Source: Rhina ancylostomus (lineage: Eukaryota). Taken from it: 64,000 bases of DNA. The stretch spans positions 21,947,275 to 22,011,274 of the forward strand of contig JARFYF010000104.1 of assembly GCA_030265395.1 (NCBI GenBank), given 5' to 3'. Both the position numbers and the translations under genes were made by a program. The notes under the pieces were generated by a model. It was not told the origin of the DNA. It worked only from the letters and a program-made list of their open reading frames with translations, and made no database searches. Position 1 is the first letter of the stretch; each line of letters begins with the position of its first letter. This document shows positions 52,190-63,015 of the stretch, one piece after another.

Positions 52190-52700
52190 CTAAAGAAAGA
52201 TTATCATGCAATTTTCATATTGTCATTTACTGGATTTTGCTCTGTGCAATATGGCTACCATGTTTCCTGTATTAAAACAGTGACTACACTTGAAAGGCAA
52301 CTAATTGGCTGTAAAGCTCTTTGACACATTCAGAGGTTGTGAAAGATGGTTTATAAATGCAAGTCTTTCTTTAAGTGTGACCCTTTTCCCAATCATCCTT
52401 AAACACCAAGTTAAAAAGTGTAAATGGAAGACATTTGGAATGTCATACCTTTAGCAGCTATTTATGAGAAGATTGTGTGTTCAAGTCCACTCCAAAAAAT
52501 CTAGGCTAGTCTTTTGGTCCAGTAATGAGGCAGTGTTGCACTGCCAAATATGTTTATGAGTGCTTCCTGTTTGCAAACTGATTGATTGTGCCTTTTCCTC
52601 TATTAAAGCAGAGATTACACTCCAAAAGCACAAAAAAGAATGTAAAATGTTTTGGGATGTTCTAAGATCACGAAAGATGCAATATAATTAGAAGTCCTTT
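52190..52700 (+). mobile_element. Two tandem Deu-SINE-type partial copies
   Basis: acagtgactacacttgaaagg...aattggctgtaaagc...tataaatgcaagtctttctt; the second copy ends gaaagatgcaatataattagaagtcc. Confidence 0.6.
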
Positions 52701-52798
52701 ATGTCGTATATTTCAAAGGGAATACCATAATTGTTCAAAGTAAAAGTGATTTATCAACGTTGCAATAACATGTCATTACTTTCTTAATCCATTCCTAG

Positions 52799-53067
52799 AC
52801 CTAGTTTTCGTCGCACAAACTGGTTTGAACCAGTCAGTCGAGAATGTAAACTGGTCATGGAAAAAGTCGGCGTTTTTGACCTTACACCTTTTGGCAAATT
52901 TTCTATGAAAGGAAAAGACTCCATCAAACTCTTGGACCGCTTGATTGCAAANNNNNNNNNNNNNNNNNNNNNNNNNNNNNNNNNNNNNNNNNNNNNNNNN
53001 NNNNNNNNNNNNNNNNNNNNNNNNNNNNNNNNNNNNNNNNNNNNNNNNNNNAAATGTCATTCCAAAG
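52799..53067 (+). CDS. DMGDH: DMGDH exon 10 equivalent, true length 166 bp, split by a spurious 100-N gap: [55 protein letters not shown]
   Basis: attcctag acceptor, gtaagt donor at 53068. Joining the flanks on their shared aaa gives gca aat gtc att cca aag in frame. Phase 2/0. Confidence 0.93.
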
Positions 53068-53349
53068 GTAAGTAGATATTAACATTAGATATTGGTCTGA
53101 CAAGCTGACAATAGCAGTTAATCATTTTTTACAACAGTACACTTGTCATAAATGTAGATGAGATGTATTGATGTAATTTCCCATTAAGACCCATTTTTGT
53201 TGGACATTAATGGTAAAGGAAAACAACCAGGTTCATATGGTAACCTGTCATCCTTTCTATGATGTTGATTTGACCCCTAAATGTCCTTAGTTGAAATAAA
53301 AAAAGAAACGGGATATCCAGTTTGAATCATGTCTTGGTCCTTTATACCA

Positions 53350-53910
53350 GGTTGATCTCTTCCCTTCCCACTAATCAAATGCCACATGCAAATAGATCTC
53401 CATCATTGTTTTTCCATGCTTTTTTAAGATCATGAAGCTGGTCATTGCAGAACAGCTCAGTATTTGCTTTCTCAAGACACTGAGACCACCAGTGATAAGG
53501 GTTCTAATGACATTATGTGGGTCTGTAACCATGGTACCCTTCCTCACTCTCCTTAACTTCTCCTCCATGACCAGTACAGTCAACCATGCTATCTCCCTCC
53601 ACAACCTCCACGCCAGTGGCTCTTTTGAACGCATCCTGCATATCATATTGCAGCAGGGTTATCTCATAAAACATTTTCTCCTCCATACCAATGCATTCAC
53701 TAGCATGCACATTAAGGTCCAATACTGGAACCCTTTATCTTATCCAAATGTGGTGCTATTATTCCAAAGTCAAGAATGTCTAGCTATTGTCTCCAACACT
53801 GTCATTTATTTTGTAAATATCACTGTTGATGAGTTACCAATCTGGCATCAGTTTATGACTCCACCGTTGGAACGCTCATCCTCCAATTCTGGTTTGAAGA
53901 ACATTTGCTC
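53350..53910 (+). mobile_element. L2 LINE RT remnant
   Basis: DTETTSDKGSNDI...LLNFSSMTSTVNHAISLHNL resembles the L2 STETAL.KV.NDI...LLDLSAAFDTVDH.ILL.RL motif. Confidence 0.7.
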
Positions 53911-53929
53911 AAAAATTCCAAAAACACAG

Positions 53930-54280
53930 AAAAACATTAAAAATTGGAGCAGGAGCACACCCTATCTATGATCACTGTTCTCTCTCATTATCATGTTTCC
54001 ACTATCTCCCCATATCCTTGATGCTTTTTGCATTTAGAAACTTATCTATCTCCTTCTTAAAGATTTTCAACAACTTGGCCTCTACAGCCTTCTGTGGTAA
54101 TAAATTCCACCAATTCAGCACCAACTAAGTGAAGAAGTCTCTCTTCACCTTAATCCTAAACCCTTTGATGTCTAACCTGACATTGTGACCCCTTGTTCTC
54201 GACATTCTTTAAATTCTAGTGAATACCAACCTAGTGTGCCCTGCCCAATGCTTCCAAGAATAATCTTTGTGAATTAGGCC
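53930..54280 (-). mobile_element. CR1 3' end
   Basis: aaaaacattaaaaattggagcaggag...ggcctctacagccttctgtggtaataaattccac...gtgaagaagtctctc. Confidence 0.75.
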
Positions 54281-54445
54281 CATGTCCCTGGTAAGATCTT
54301 ACAGTAGAAGTGGGGGACAAAAGAGAACCATAGCCATTTATAGCAGCAGAGTTGCCGTAGAAGGATAAAGTATGGCGTTTTTAATGATGAAATTTCAAAC
54401 AGCCCGCAGAAGTTCCCTATTTTAATTCACTCTCCTTTCCCTCAG

Positions 54446-54576
54446 TTGGGTTATATAAATATCAGTCATATGATTACCCCAAGAGGTCGAGTTTATGCAG
54501 AAGTGACAATCAGCCACTTATCAGAAGGGGAGTTCCTGCTGGTGACAGGGTCAGGCTCTGAGCTCCATGACTTAAG
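54446..54576 (+). CDS. DMGDH: DMGDH exon 11 equivalent, 131 bp: LGYINISHMITPRGRVYAEVTISHLSEGEFLLVTGSGSELHDL(R)
   Basis: cctttccctcag acceptor, gtgagt donor. GcvT-like folate-binding domain, TGSGSELHDLR motif. Phase 0/2. Confidence 0.97.
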
Positions 54577-55675
54577 GTGAGTTTGGATTTTAAAAAAATT
54601 ATAACTTTTGAAATTAATTTATTTGTTTAACCATTTTGTTTGATTGAGTTAATTGGAGTGAATGCAAAAGCATTTCGCTCTTTTTCAAAAGACTAATGAA
54701 GATGCATATTATATTTATGTTAAAAAGGAAAACACTTAAATCTTTATTGTCTTTCCACATTGCAACTTTTCCTTCTGGATCATTATTTTCCAAGTAAGAT
54801 AGCAGACCGGTTTGACTGCAGATCTTACGATCTCACAGAGCAGATTGGCTGAGTTGTTTTCTAAGGCACCCATTTTACTTATTCATTGACAGAACATGGG
54901 CATCATTGGAAAGATCGTCATTTATTATTCAGCTCAAACAGATTGGTTGACAATGCTACTCTGGAGGATGGTAAAACCCAATTACATAAGGACAGGATTC
55001 TCATCACATATTGGCCATCCTAGGCAAGGACAGCCAGCATCCTCTCCTAGTGTAGGGAATTTTTAACTTGGTAATACTATAAAGCAAATTATATTGAATT
55101 GACCACCATATTTATGCATATCCATTGAAATCAGTGGAATGGACATTGGAAACTGTCTAGAGTCGATAGCTGATCCAATTTTGCCTCTTTTATCTTATTG
55201 CCAAAAGTCAAAATTAGTCCCAAGTTGAATTCATCAGTCTGTCAGATTTGTGGCATATATAATAACCAGTAATATTGTACCTTGGTAGTAGTTTAGCTCA
55301 ACAGTAGGACTTTCCTCTAAATCAGACTGTTATAAATTGATATTCAAGAAGTCATCTCACCACGTTTTCAAGAGCAATTAGGGATGTTTACAACGTATAA
55401 ATTGAGAAAAAGATGCCTCTCAAGGACCTGAGCACACTAGACATGAAATTTAACACGTTTCCTTGTTCAAGTGTTAAATGGCCTCCTTCTGTGGGCAGGG
55501 GTAAAATAGCTCACCACAAGCAAGTCCAAAGCCTGCCATATTGGTAAAAGCCAAAAGATTGGTGCCCACTGCCCCCACCTGACGCGGGTGTTTTAAACAT
55601 TTACTTTTTTTTATTCCTTTCAAAAGTGAAACGAAGATTTGCCATTCATTTGATTTATTATTTTCATGTTTGTAG

Positions 55676-55893
55676 ATATATAGAAGAAGAGGCAACAAAT
55701 GGTGGCTATGAGGTTGATATTCGTAATGTTACTGATGAAATCGGGGTGTTGGGTGTGGCAGGTCCATTTTCACGGAAAGTTCTCCAAAAACTCACAAAAG
55801 TAGACTTGAGTGGAAAAGAATTTAAGTTCCTACAGTGTAAGCCTCTTACTTTGGCTGACATTCCCCTTACTGCAATGAGGATCTCCTATACAG
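55676..55893 (+). CDS. DMGDH: DMGDH exon 12 equivalent, 218 bp: [72 protein letters not shown](G)
   Basis: tttgtag acceptor, gttggt donor. GVLGVAGP and RISYTG motifs. Phase 2/1. Confidence 0.97.
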
Positions 55894-56504
55894 GTTGGTG
55901 TCTGATTACCAATGGCTTGGCTCATAGCATTGCCTCAGATGTTTTTAAATGTAAAACGTTTATAATTAAATAAGATTGCTGCCACTAAAAAAAATCCTAA
56001 TGTGAGTAATTTTACAAATTTGCTCACCTGGCCCAGAGTCTCACCCATTAGAAATGTTTATTAGGAATTTGAACTCAGGCCCACTATCCATTAATTTTTT
56101 ATTTGTTGCAATTAATGACATGGAAATCATGGGAAGTTCACTCCCAGACTTTTGATCTACCATCCCATAAGCTAAAACTACAAATCATGCACACAGATTT
56201 GTAAAATTAGCCCTGGCATTCATCCTGCTTGTCACCACTGAAATTAAAATTTGAGTTGAAAAAAATCAGATGTTCTGTGGAGTCAGAAGAGACTTCACAA
56301 TGCCATGCCCAGCTGCATAGCTATGTACTTTGTTGTTTGTCTGCTTGTAAATAAGTTAAAGATTTTTTTAAAGCACTTTTGAAAGTAGATCATTTTTGAA
56401 GCAATCCTAATTGATGGGGTTTGCCCTGTTTTTGTGCTCTAAAGTCCAAGTTAATTCACCTTAAATTTGCATTAATTTTGAGGCAATATATATGGTAATA
56501 TTTA

Positions 56505-56925
56505 ATCTAATTAATATTAAATACAGGAAAGACCAAAGCAATTGTCTTCAATCCCTGATGCAAATTCCATTCCTGGCTACGGATTCCATCCCTCTTCCAA
56601 TATATCTGAAAATAAGACAGGCTGGTTGCAATGTTTGTGTCATGTATGCCCATAAAATGAGTTTTGGACCATTTCTCTGTGCCATCAATTAAAGTTATTT
56701 TCACCTCTGTATGTCTACCTACTGCCCCTCTGTTTAACCCTCCAGCAACTAAAACCTTCATCCATGTCATTGTTACTGTTGGACTTGACTCTTCCAATGC
56801 ACTCTTCCCTCGTTCATAAAACTCCCATGCTAGAAATTCATCCCCAATCAGCAGTGGTAAAGCACTCTAGCCACATGAATGTTTTATTGTGCCTTGGAAA
56901 TTCATCCAATTTATTATTTCTGGCC
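56505..56925 (+). mobile_element. L2 RT C-terminal remnant
   Basis: LNTGKTKAIVF and KTFIHVIVTVGLDSSNAL resemble L2 LNIGKTEAI and ETLIHAFVTSRLDYCNSL. Confidence 0.7.
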
Positions 56926-57810
56926 CAATTAGGAGGGTGGCATTGCTGAACATGGTTCTGGGAAATGAACCAGGCCAAGGAGCAGGTCTTAGTGTGAGAA
57001 TACAGTCACTAGGAAACAGTGAGCAAAATATCACAAGGTTTAGAATAGTTACGGAAAAGGATGTGGACCATGCCAAGGTAAAAATTTGGAGAAGGCCCAA
57101 TTTCAATGCAATGGTAATAAATCTGGCCCAGCCAAACTGGAATCAAAGCTTGGCAGACAAAATTGTAATTGAATAATGGGACGTTTCAGCTACAGTTTAT
57201 GCGCACTCCCATGAGGGAGAAGGGTAGGGAAGTTAAAGGCAGAGCTCCCTAAATGACCAAAACTATAAAATACAGTAGGAAAAAGAGCAAATGTCAGATG
57301 CCAGGTCAATAACATAAATGAGAATCAAGCTGATTAAACAGGTTCAGAGGGAAGTGTAAGCAGAAATAAAAGAGACAGACATTTTCTGTTTTTATTTCAG
57401 ATTTCCAGCATCCATTTGTTTTCATTTTCATTGAAGGATTTTAGTTATATGGGTAAACTGGAAAACTTGGAGGATGTTCTACTTGGGGGGAAAATAGAGG
57501 TTCATAGAGGACCTACTAAAGGTATTTAGATTATGAAGGGTATAGACACAGCAGATATGGAGAACCTGTTTCCATTGGCAGCTGGGGTCAAAAATAAAAT
57601 GAAGGTTTAACATGAGGAAAGACTTTATGCTCTGAGTGGTTAAGGTGTGGAATGACTGCTGAGAGTAGTAATGGATGCATATTCAGTTGTAGCATTTTGA
57701 AAGGGAGCTGGATAAGTCCCAGAACATAAAGAATTTGTAGAGCTATGGGGAGATGGTGGATGAATGGGACCTAGGACTATCATGGACTCCTTCTGTGCAG
57801 TAACCATTCA
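56925..57810 (+). mobile_element. CR1 fragments (endonuclease C-terminus, then 3' end)
   Basis: PIRRVALLNMVLGNEPGQ..SLGNSEQNITRFRI..WRRPNFNAM; gaggacctactaaaggtatttagattatgaaggg. Confidence 0.75.
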
Positions 57811-60112
57811 ATAAGCTTCAACAACATGAATTTCAAAGGCAGAGTACAATGTGGCATTGCCTGGAGTTGAATTTCTTGGCACTAGGCTGTTTTACATTTA
57901 ATCAAATGTTCCTGCACAACACTTCATACTTTATTAACCTGGATGGTAAATGAGATCATTTTCTGCCAGCTCCTCCAAATAAATAATAATAAGCTGGCTC
58001 CAGGAGACTGGCAATTGGCAATTGTCTGTCTTCAAAGAAGCAAGGGAAACAATTGCCATATCCCAATTATCATATCATGTTTAAACATTGCAATTGTTCT
58101 GCTATTTTGATAAGTGCAAACACTATCTTGTAATCAGATCATACCATAACTTTTCTGTGTTAAAAGCATTGAACAGGTTTAAGAAATGTGGAGTCAGGCT
58201 ACAGATTATAGTGTTTATTACTTCTTGCTGAAACCTTTGTTTGTTTTACTGTTTTAATAATGACCTATCACTAATCAATGACTTATGACTTAGCATTAGT
58301 AATACATCAATCAGTACTTTCTTGTCCATTTAATCTTTCACAAGAGGAATATCCCAAAAGAACAGAGCATATGGTATTGGATGAGGAGGAGGGCATATTA
58401 ATTGACTGCTTTGCTTTATTACTAATATAGCTAACCATGGAGATTTGATTATGTTTAATTGTTTATTTATTCAGCTTAAATATTTATTCTCATTCATTGA
58501 TTAAAGTTTTGCAAGCAAGATCAAATGATTTCATATCAACCATTCTTCATAGCTCTGGAGAATGATTGTTTGTCCTTAGTTCACGACCAAGTATCAGGAA
58601 TTTGGCAGCATCTGTATGGAGATTAATACACATGTCATTCATACACCTATGAAAATGCCATCTAACTCAGGTTATGTCTCTAGTTTTTTAAATCTACTGT
58701 CATTATTTTAATATTCTTTTGATTTAAAGTAATTTTATTTGAAGATAAACTATACTGCATTCCTGACAAAGTCACAGTTTCTTTCTTTAAAATCAAAGAA
58801 AATGCAAGGACTTGTCACTTAACCATGTGGCACAAGTTAATTAAACCTCAATGGCACCTGACTGAAAATCTGACAAAAAGCAGCTTGCCTGTGGTTTGGG
58901 ATATACATTGCTAAGAAATGGTGCACAGTATGTAATTTAGATTATTCATAACCATTTGTAACCAAATAGGTTAGAAATAAAACAGGTCACGTTTGACATG
59001 TCCAACACACAATATAAATTGTCCTCTAGCATTTATAGAAAGAAGACTGTCAATTATTTTGAGGTAAGGGGGCTGTAGAGATTGTTTGTTAGCCTTGATG
59101 GTAAAATGAGTTTAGCACTTGTTGATTGTCATCGGTGCAATGGTCTAAGTGCCCTCCTTCTGTGACATCATTTTTCAGTGATTCTGTTACTGGTTTAAAG
59201 CAACTGGCCTCAAAGCTTTACTGAAAACAAATGTTCAAAGTCAATGAAACAAACGTTCAAAAGCAGAGTACAAAATGCACCCACAACTAAATTGAATATT
59301 TGGCATAAGCAATCAAGAACATATTTCTTCACCTTGGTTTCCATGTCTTGCCGGTTGATGTCCCCAACTTTTTGCTGTTATACTTGGAGTTATTAACCTC
59401 ATGTTGCTTTGCACCCTTCAACCCAACCTGTCTTTGCAATCTATAGCTGACATTACTGAGAAGCTGTGTGATTCATGCATCATATCCCCCACCACAACCT
59501 CCAGCCCAAACATACACTCACATTCGCACACATACACGCAGATTATCTGATCACATATCTTACAGAAAACAATCTTTGTATAGAAATGCAGCTTTTTTTT
59601 CTATGTGCACGTGTTGTTATAATTTAGCCTGACTCAGCCACCCAATGTCAACTACCCAACTGTTCCAGCATAAGCAGATTCAGTTTGATCAATCCATGGC
59701 CTTGGTCAACCACTTATCCTATAAACAAAGTCCAGTTCTTCAATGCAATGACGCACACTAAAGTTTCAATGGCCTGAACTTCATTGACATTGAGGGGTTG
59801 GGGGCCAGTGAGGGAGGTGGCTGGGAGTTGGTATGGACAACAGTGTGGAGTTAAGAGTCATTTTTTCTCTTGAGGAAATAGACAAGGACCAAATGCAATG
59901 ATGTGAATCTTGGTATTGAGTAGTTTCTTAAGCACATGGTCATGAGGAATCACCTCTGGCACAGATTTTAATTTTCACATCCCCATTGGTTTCTCCAGTG
60001 TTCAATCTCTGTCTCATATTCTGCATTCACCCATCGGTAGAAACAAACCTTCAATGTTTACTGACAGAAGGATTCCCAAGTTTTACTCACCTCTGTTACT
60101 GGTTGCTCCTCT

Positions 60113-60279
60113 TTGGAATTGGAATTTGGTTTATTATTGTCAAATGTACCATGAAAAACTTGCCTTGCATACCATTCATACAGATTAATTTATTGCACAG
60201 TGCATTGAGGTAGTACAAGGTAAAACAATAACAGAATGCAGAATAAAGTGTAACAGCTACAGAGAAAGTGCAATACAGG
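60113..60279 (-). repeat. Young LINE-tail-like repeat, also at 31330-31458 and inverted at about 38515-38645
   Basis: ttggtttattattgtca.atgtacca...gtgcattgaggtagtacaaggtaaaacaata is nearly identical between copies. Minus-strand AATAAA-type tail. Confidence 0.65.
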
Positions 60280-62107
60280 NNNNNNNNNNNNNNNNNNNNN
60301 NNNNNNNNNNNNNNNNNNNNNNNNNNNNNNNNNNNNNNNNNNNNNNNNNNNNNNNNNNNNNNNNNNNNNNNNNNNNNNNNNNNNNNNNNNNNNNNNTAGT
60401 GAACCTATTGATAATGTCCTTGTTCAGTCCCCCCTCTGTCTAAGCCTCCATCTCTCAATCCATTCAAGTTTGTGCCTGTGCCATGTACCCCGTCCAAGTC
60501 TTTCTGCTTCTGGATTCCCAGTCTGCAGACATACTCTTCTCCCATCATCCAAGTTACAATATCCTGAACATTTTCCTTCATCACATACTCTTCCCAACCT
60601 GCAGCCCAGATCCCAGCTGCTTTCAATCTTTTACTCCCTTTCCCTTGGATCTGCACCTCTCTGCCAGCCTCATTAAACCAGACTCCAAGCTGTTTCTCCA
60701 TAGTGTGATGTAGTTTGCATTCACCCCCAAACAAAGAGCATTGCTCTGTGACGGGGGGGGGGGGGGGGGGGTGTGTGATATATCATTGCAGAGGCATCTA
60801 TAATATGGCAGCCTGCAGTCATAGAGAAGTTGGATGATGGGTGCAGATGTTGTTGTCCAAAGGCCTCAATTCTCCCTGAATTCTGGTAGAAGTGCCTAGA
60901 AGCTAAATGTCCCATATTGGTAGATTCAGAGAAAATCAAGCAGGTCAATGACATCAGTGGGGACTCAGGTCCAGGAGTTACTACGTGCAGGCATCAAGTT
61001 TTTCTTGATGCTCTCATGAAACAGGGTAGCTATTCTGCCTTAGGTTTTCATTTCAGAATTATATGCTTTATGGATGGAATTGGGGGATTTCTCCAGTGTT
61101 TAATGGTTGTGTAGATAAATCATTGCATAAGGATCAATCACCAGTTATGGATAGTTTAAAAAGTGTGGCACATTATAATAACCAGGACAAATCATGAGTA
61201 TCTGCATTTACTAAAAGTAGTACAATTTGCTAGCCTCGTGTGTGCAGGAATAAGAAATGAACACANNNNNNNNNNNNNNNNNNNNNNNNNNNNNNNNNNN
61301 NNNNNNNNNNNNNNNNNNNNNNNNNNNNNNNNNNNNNNNNNNNNNNNNNNNNNNNNNNNNNNNNNNNNNNNNNNNNNNNNNNNNNNNNNNNNNNNNNNNN
61401 NNNNNNNNNNNNNNNNNNNNNNNNNNNNNNNNNNNNNNNNNNNNNNNNNNNNNNNNNNNNNNNNNNNNNNNNNNNNNNNNNNNNNNNNNNNNNNNNNNNN
61501 NNNNNNNNNNNNNNNNNNNNNNNNNNNNNNNNNNNNNNNNNNTTATTAAATGGTAGAACTGACTGTAAAGATTAAATGTCCTTTCCCTGCTGCCGTTTCA
61601 TGCTCTTATTCCTTGCCTCTAAAGATGAAGCATTAAAGAAGTTGCCTTCTGCAGATTTTGCAGGAACCATGTACTTCATTTATTGGACTGCACTTATGCT
61701 ACAGCTCATAACTAGAGGATTATGCTGAGGTTGATCCTCCTGAGGATTAGACAGATGTATTAGAAAAGTAAATCCTTTCCAACATGATGATCATTGCACA
61801 TTAATAAATAGTAATATAAATTTTGTAACATTAATAGCAAACATTAAAGTAAATTTTAACAGAGTACATAAAGTTTCATTATACTTCGCAGTGCAGTTGT
61901 GGCCACCTTCATTTGAAGCCTAAACTTCCACAATAGAATTACAATGTCTTGGACAGTTAGTAATGCCTGGATTCTCAAGCTCAGCTTTCCAAGTGTGTGG
62001 AAGGGTAAAGGTAACATCTTTGCTCCTGCTCTTAATATGTGAAAGTGAATAATATTAATTCACTAGACATGGTTTAGGGTTGACAGATTTCTCCACTCTC
62101 ACTCTAG

Positions 62108-62257
62108 GTGAGCTTGGCTGGGANNNNNNNNNNNNNNNNNNNNNNNNNNNNNNNNNCCATAATGGAAGCAGGCCAGGAATTTGGAATCGACAACTTTGGA
62201 GCATATACCATGAACTCTTTGCGGCTTGAGAAAGCATTTAGAGGTTGGGGAGCAGAG
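62108..62257 (+). CDS. DMGDH: DMGDH exon 13 equivalent with an internal N-gap: (G)ELGWE...[34 protein letters not shown]
   Basis: ctctag acceptor, gtgagt donor. Completes RISYTGELGWE, and carries the [12 protein letters not shown] motif. The 33-N gap is probably about 8 nt too short. Confidence 0.93.
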
Positions 62258-62647
62258 GTGAGTAGCAAAGGCATATTAAATATGTTTCTTTCTAACTCTG
62301 GCGATGTGAGGTTGGATTGGTAAAGGCACTGATACAAAAGTAGATCCTTACAGAAGTTAGAAAGATAAGAGAAGTAGACTGCATTTGGTGTTAGCAAAAA
62401 AAATGTTAAACCCTCTGGATGCCATCTGTTTGAAGACCAGCTTATTTTAACTCTTAGATTTTGGTCATATCCCATTGAACAGGATTTTGTCTTGGGCAGG
62501 TCAAGTTTGTAGGCAGGGGGTCTGTCTGCCCACAGTCACTGCAGTAAATTTCAGGGGAGAGGTTCAAAATTATTTTGCAGGTGAGAAGGATGTTGCTGCC
62601 CTCTCAGCTCCTTTCTTTCTATTTCCTTTTCTGTTCTTTTGCATGCT

Positions 62648-62780
62648 GGTCTTAATGTAGGGTCTCAACCTGAAACGTTGACCATCCCTTTGCCTCCACG
62701 GATGCTGCCTGACCCACTGAGGTCCTCCAGCAGTTTTTTCACGCCAGATTCCAACATCTGGAGTCTCTTGCGTCTCCTGC
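62648..62780 (+). repeat. Penelope pseudo-LTR end with a hammerhead relic (62648-62683)
   Basis: ggtc-ttaatgt-agggtctcaacct-GAAA-cgtt-gacc followed by gcctccacggatgctgcctgaccc...cctccagcag. Confidence 0.65.
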
Positions 62781-62859
62781 TCTCATCTCACTTTGGAAGG
62801 ACCTAAATGATTTGCTTCAATTACTTCACACACAAAAAGCTAAAAAGTGCCAGTGAATT

Positions 62860-63015
62860 AAAACCAGAAAATGCTGGAAATATTCACCAGCAGTTACAGT
62901 TTCAGGTCAATGAATTGATAAAGGATTATTGACCTGAAGTGTTAACTTAGTTTCTGTCTTCACAGAGGCTGCCCAAGCTGCTGAGTATCTCCCAAATTTT
63001 CTGTTTTAATTCATA
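62860..63015. repeat. Pseudo-LTR-derived fold-back element
   Basis: aaaccagaaaatgctggaaatattca...ttcaggtcaat / attgacctgaa...tgagtatctcccaaattttctgtttt. Confidence 0.6.

Noticed and set aside
53432-53971. 179-aa ORF between exons 10 and 11
   Set aside because: It drifts in and out of a decayed L2 RT frame and has no exon-like boundaries compatible with DMGDH
4102-62257. Alternative identity as SARDH or PDPR
   Set aside because: Motifs such as [36 protein letters not shown] and TGSGSELHDLR, together with the exon sizes, match recalled DMGDH rather than its paralogues
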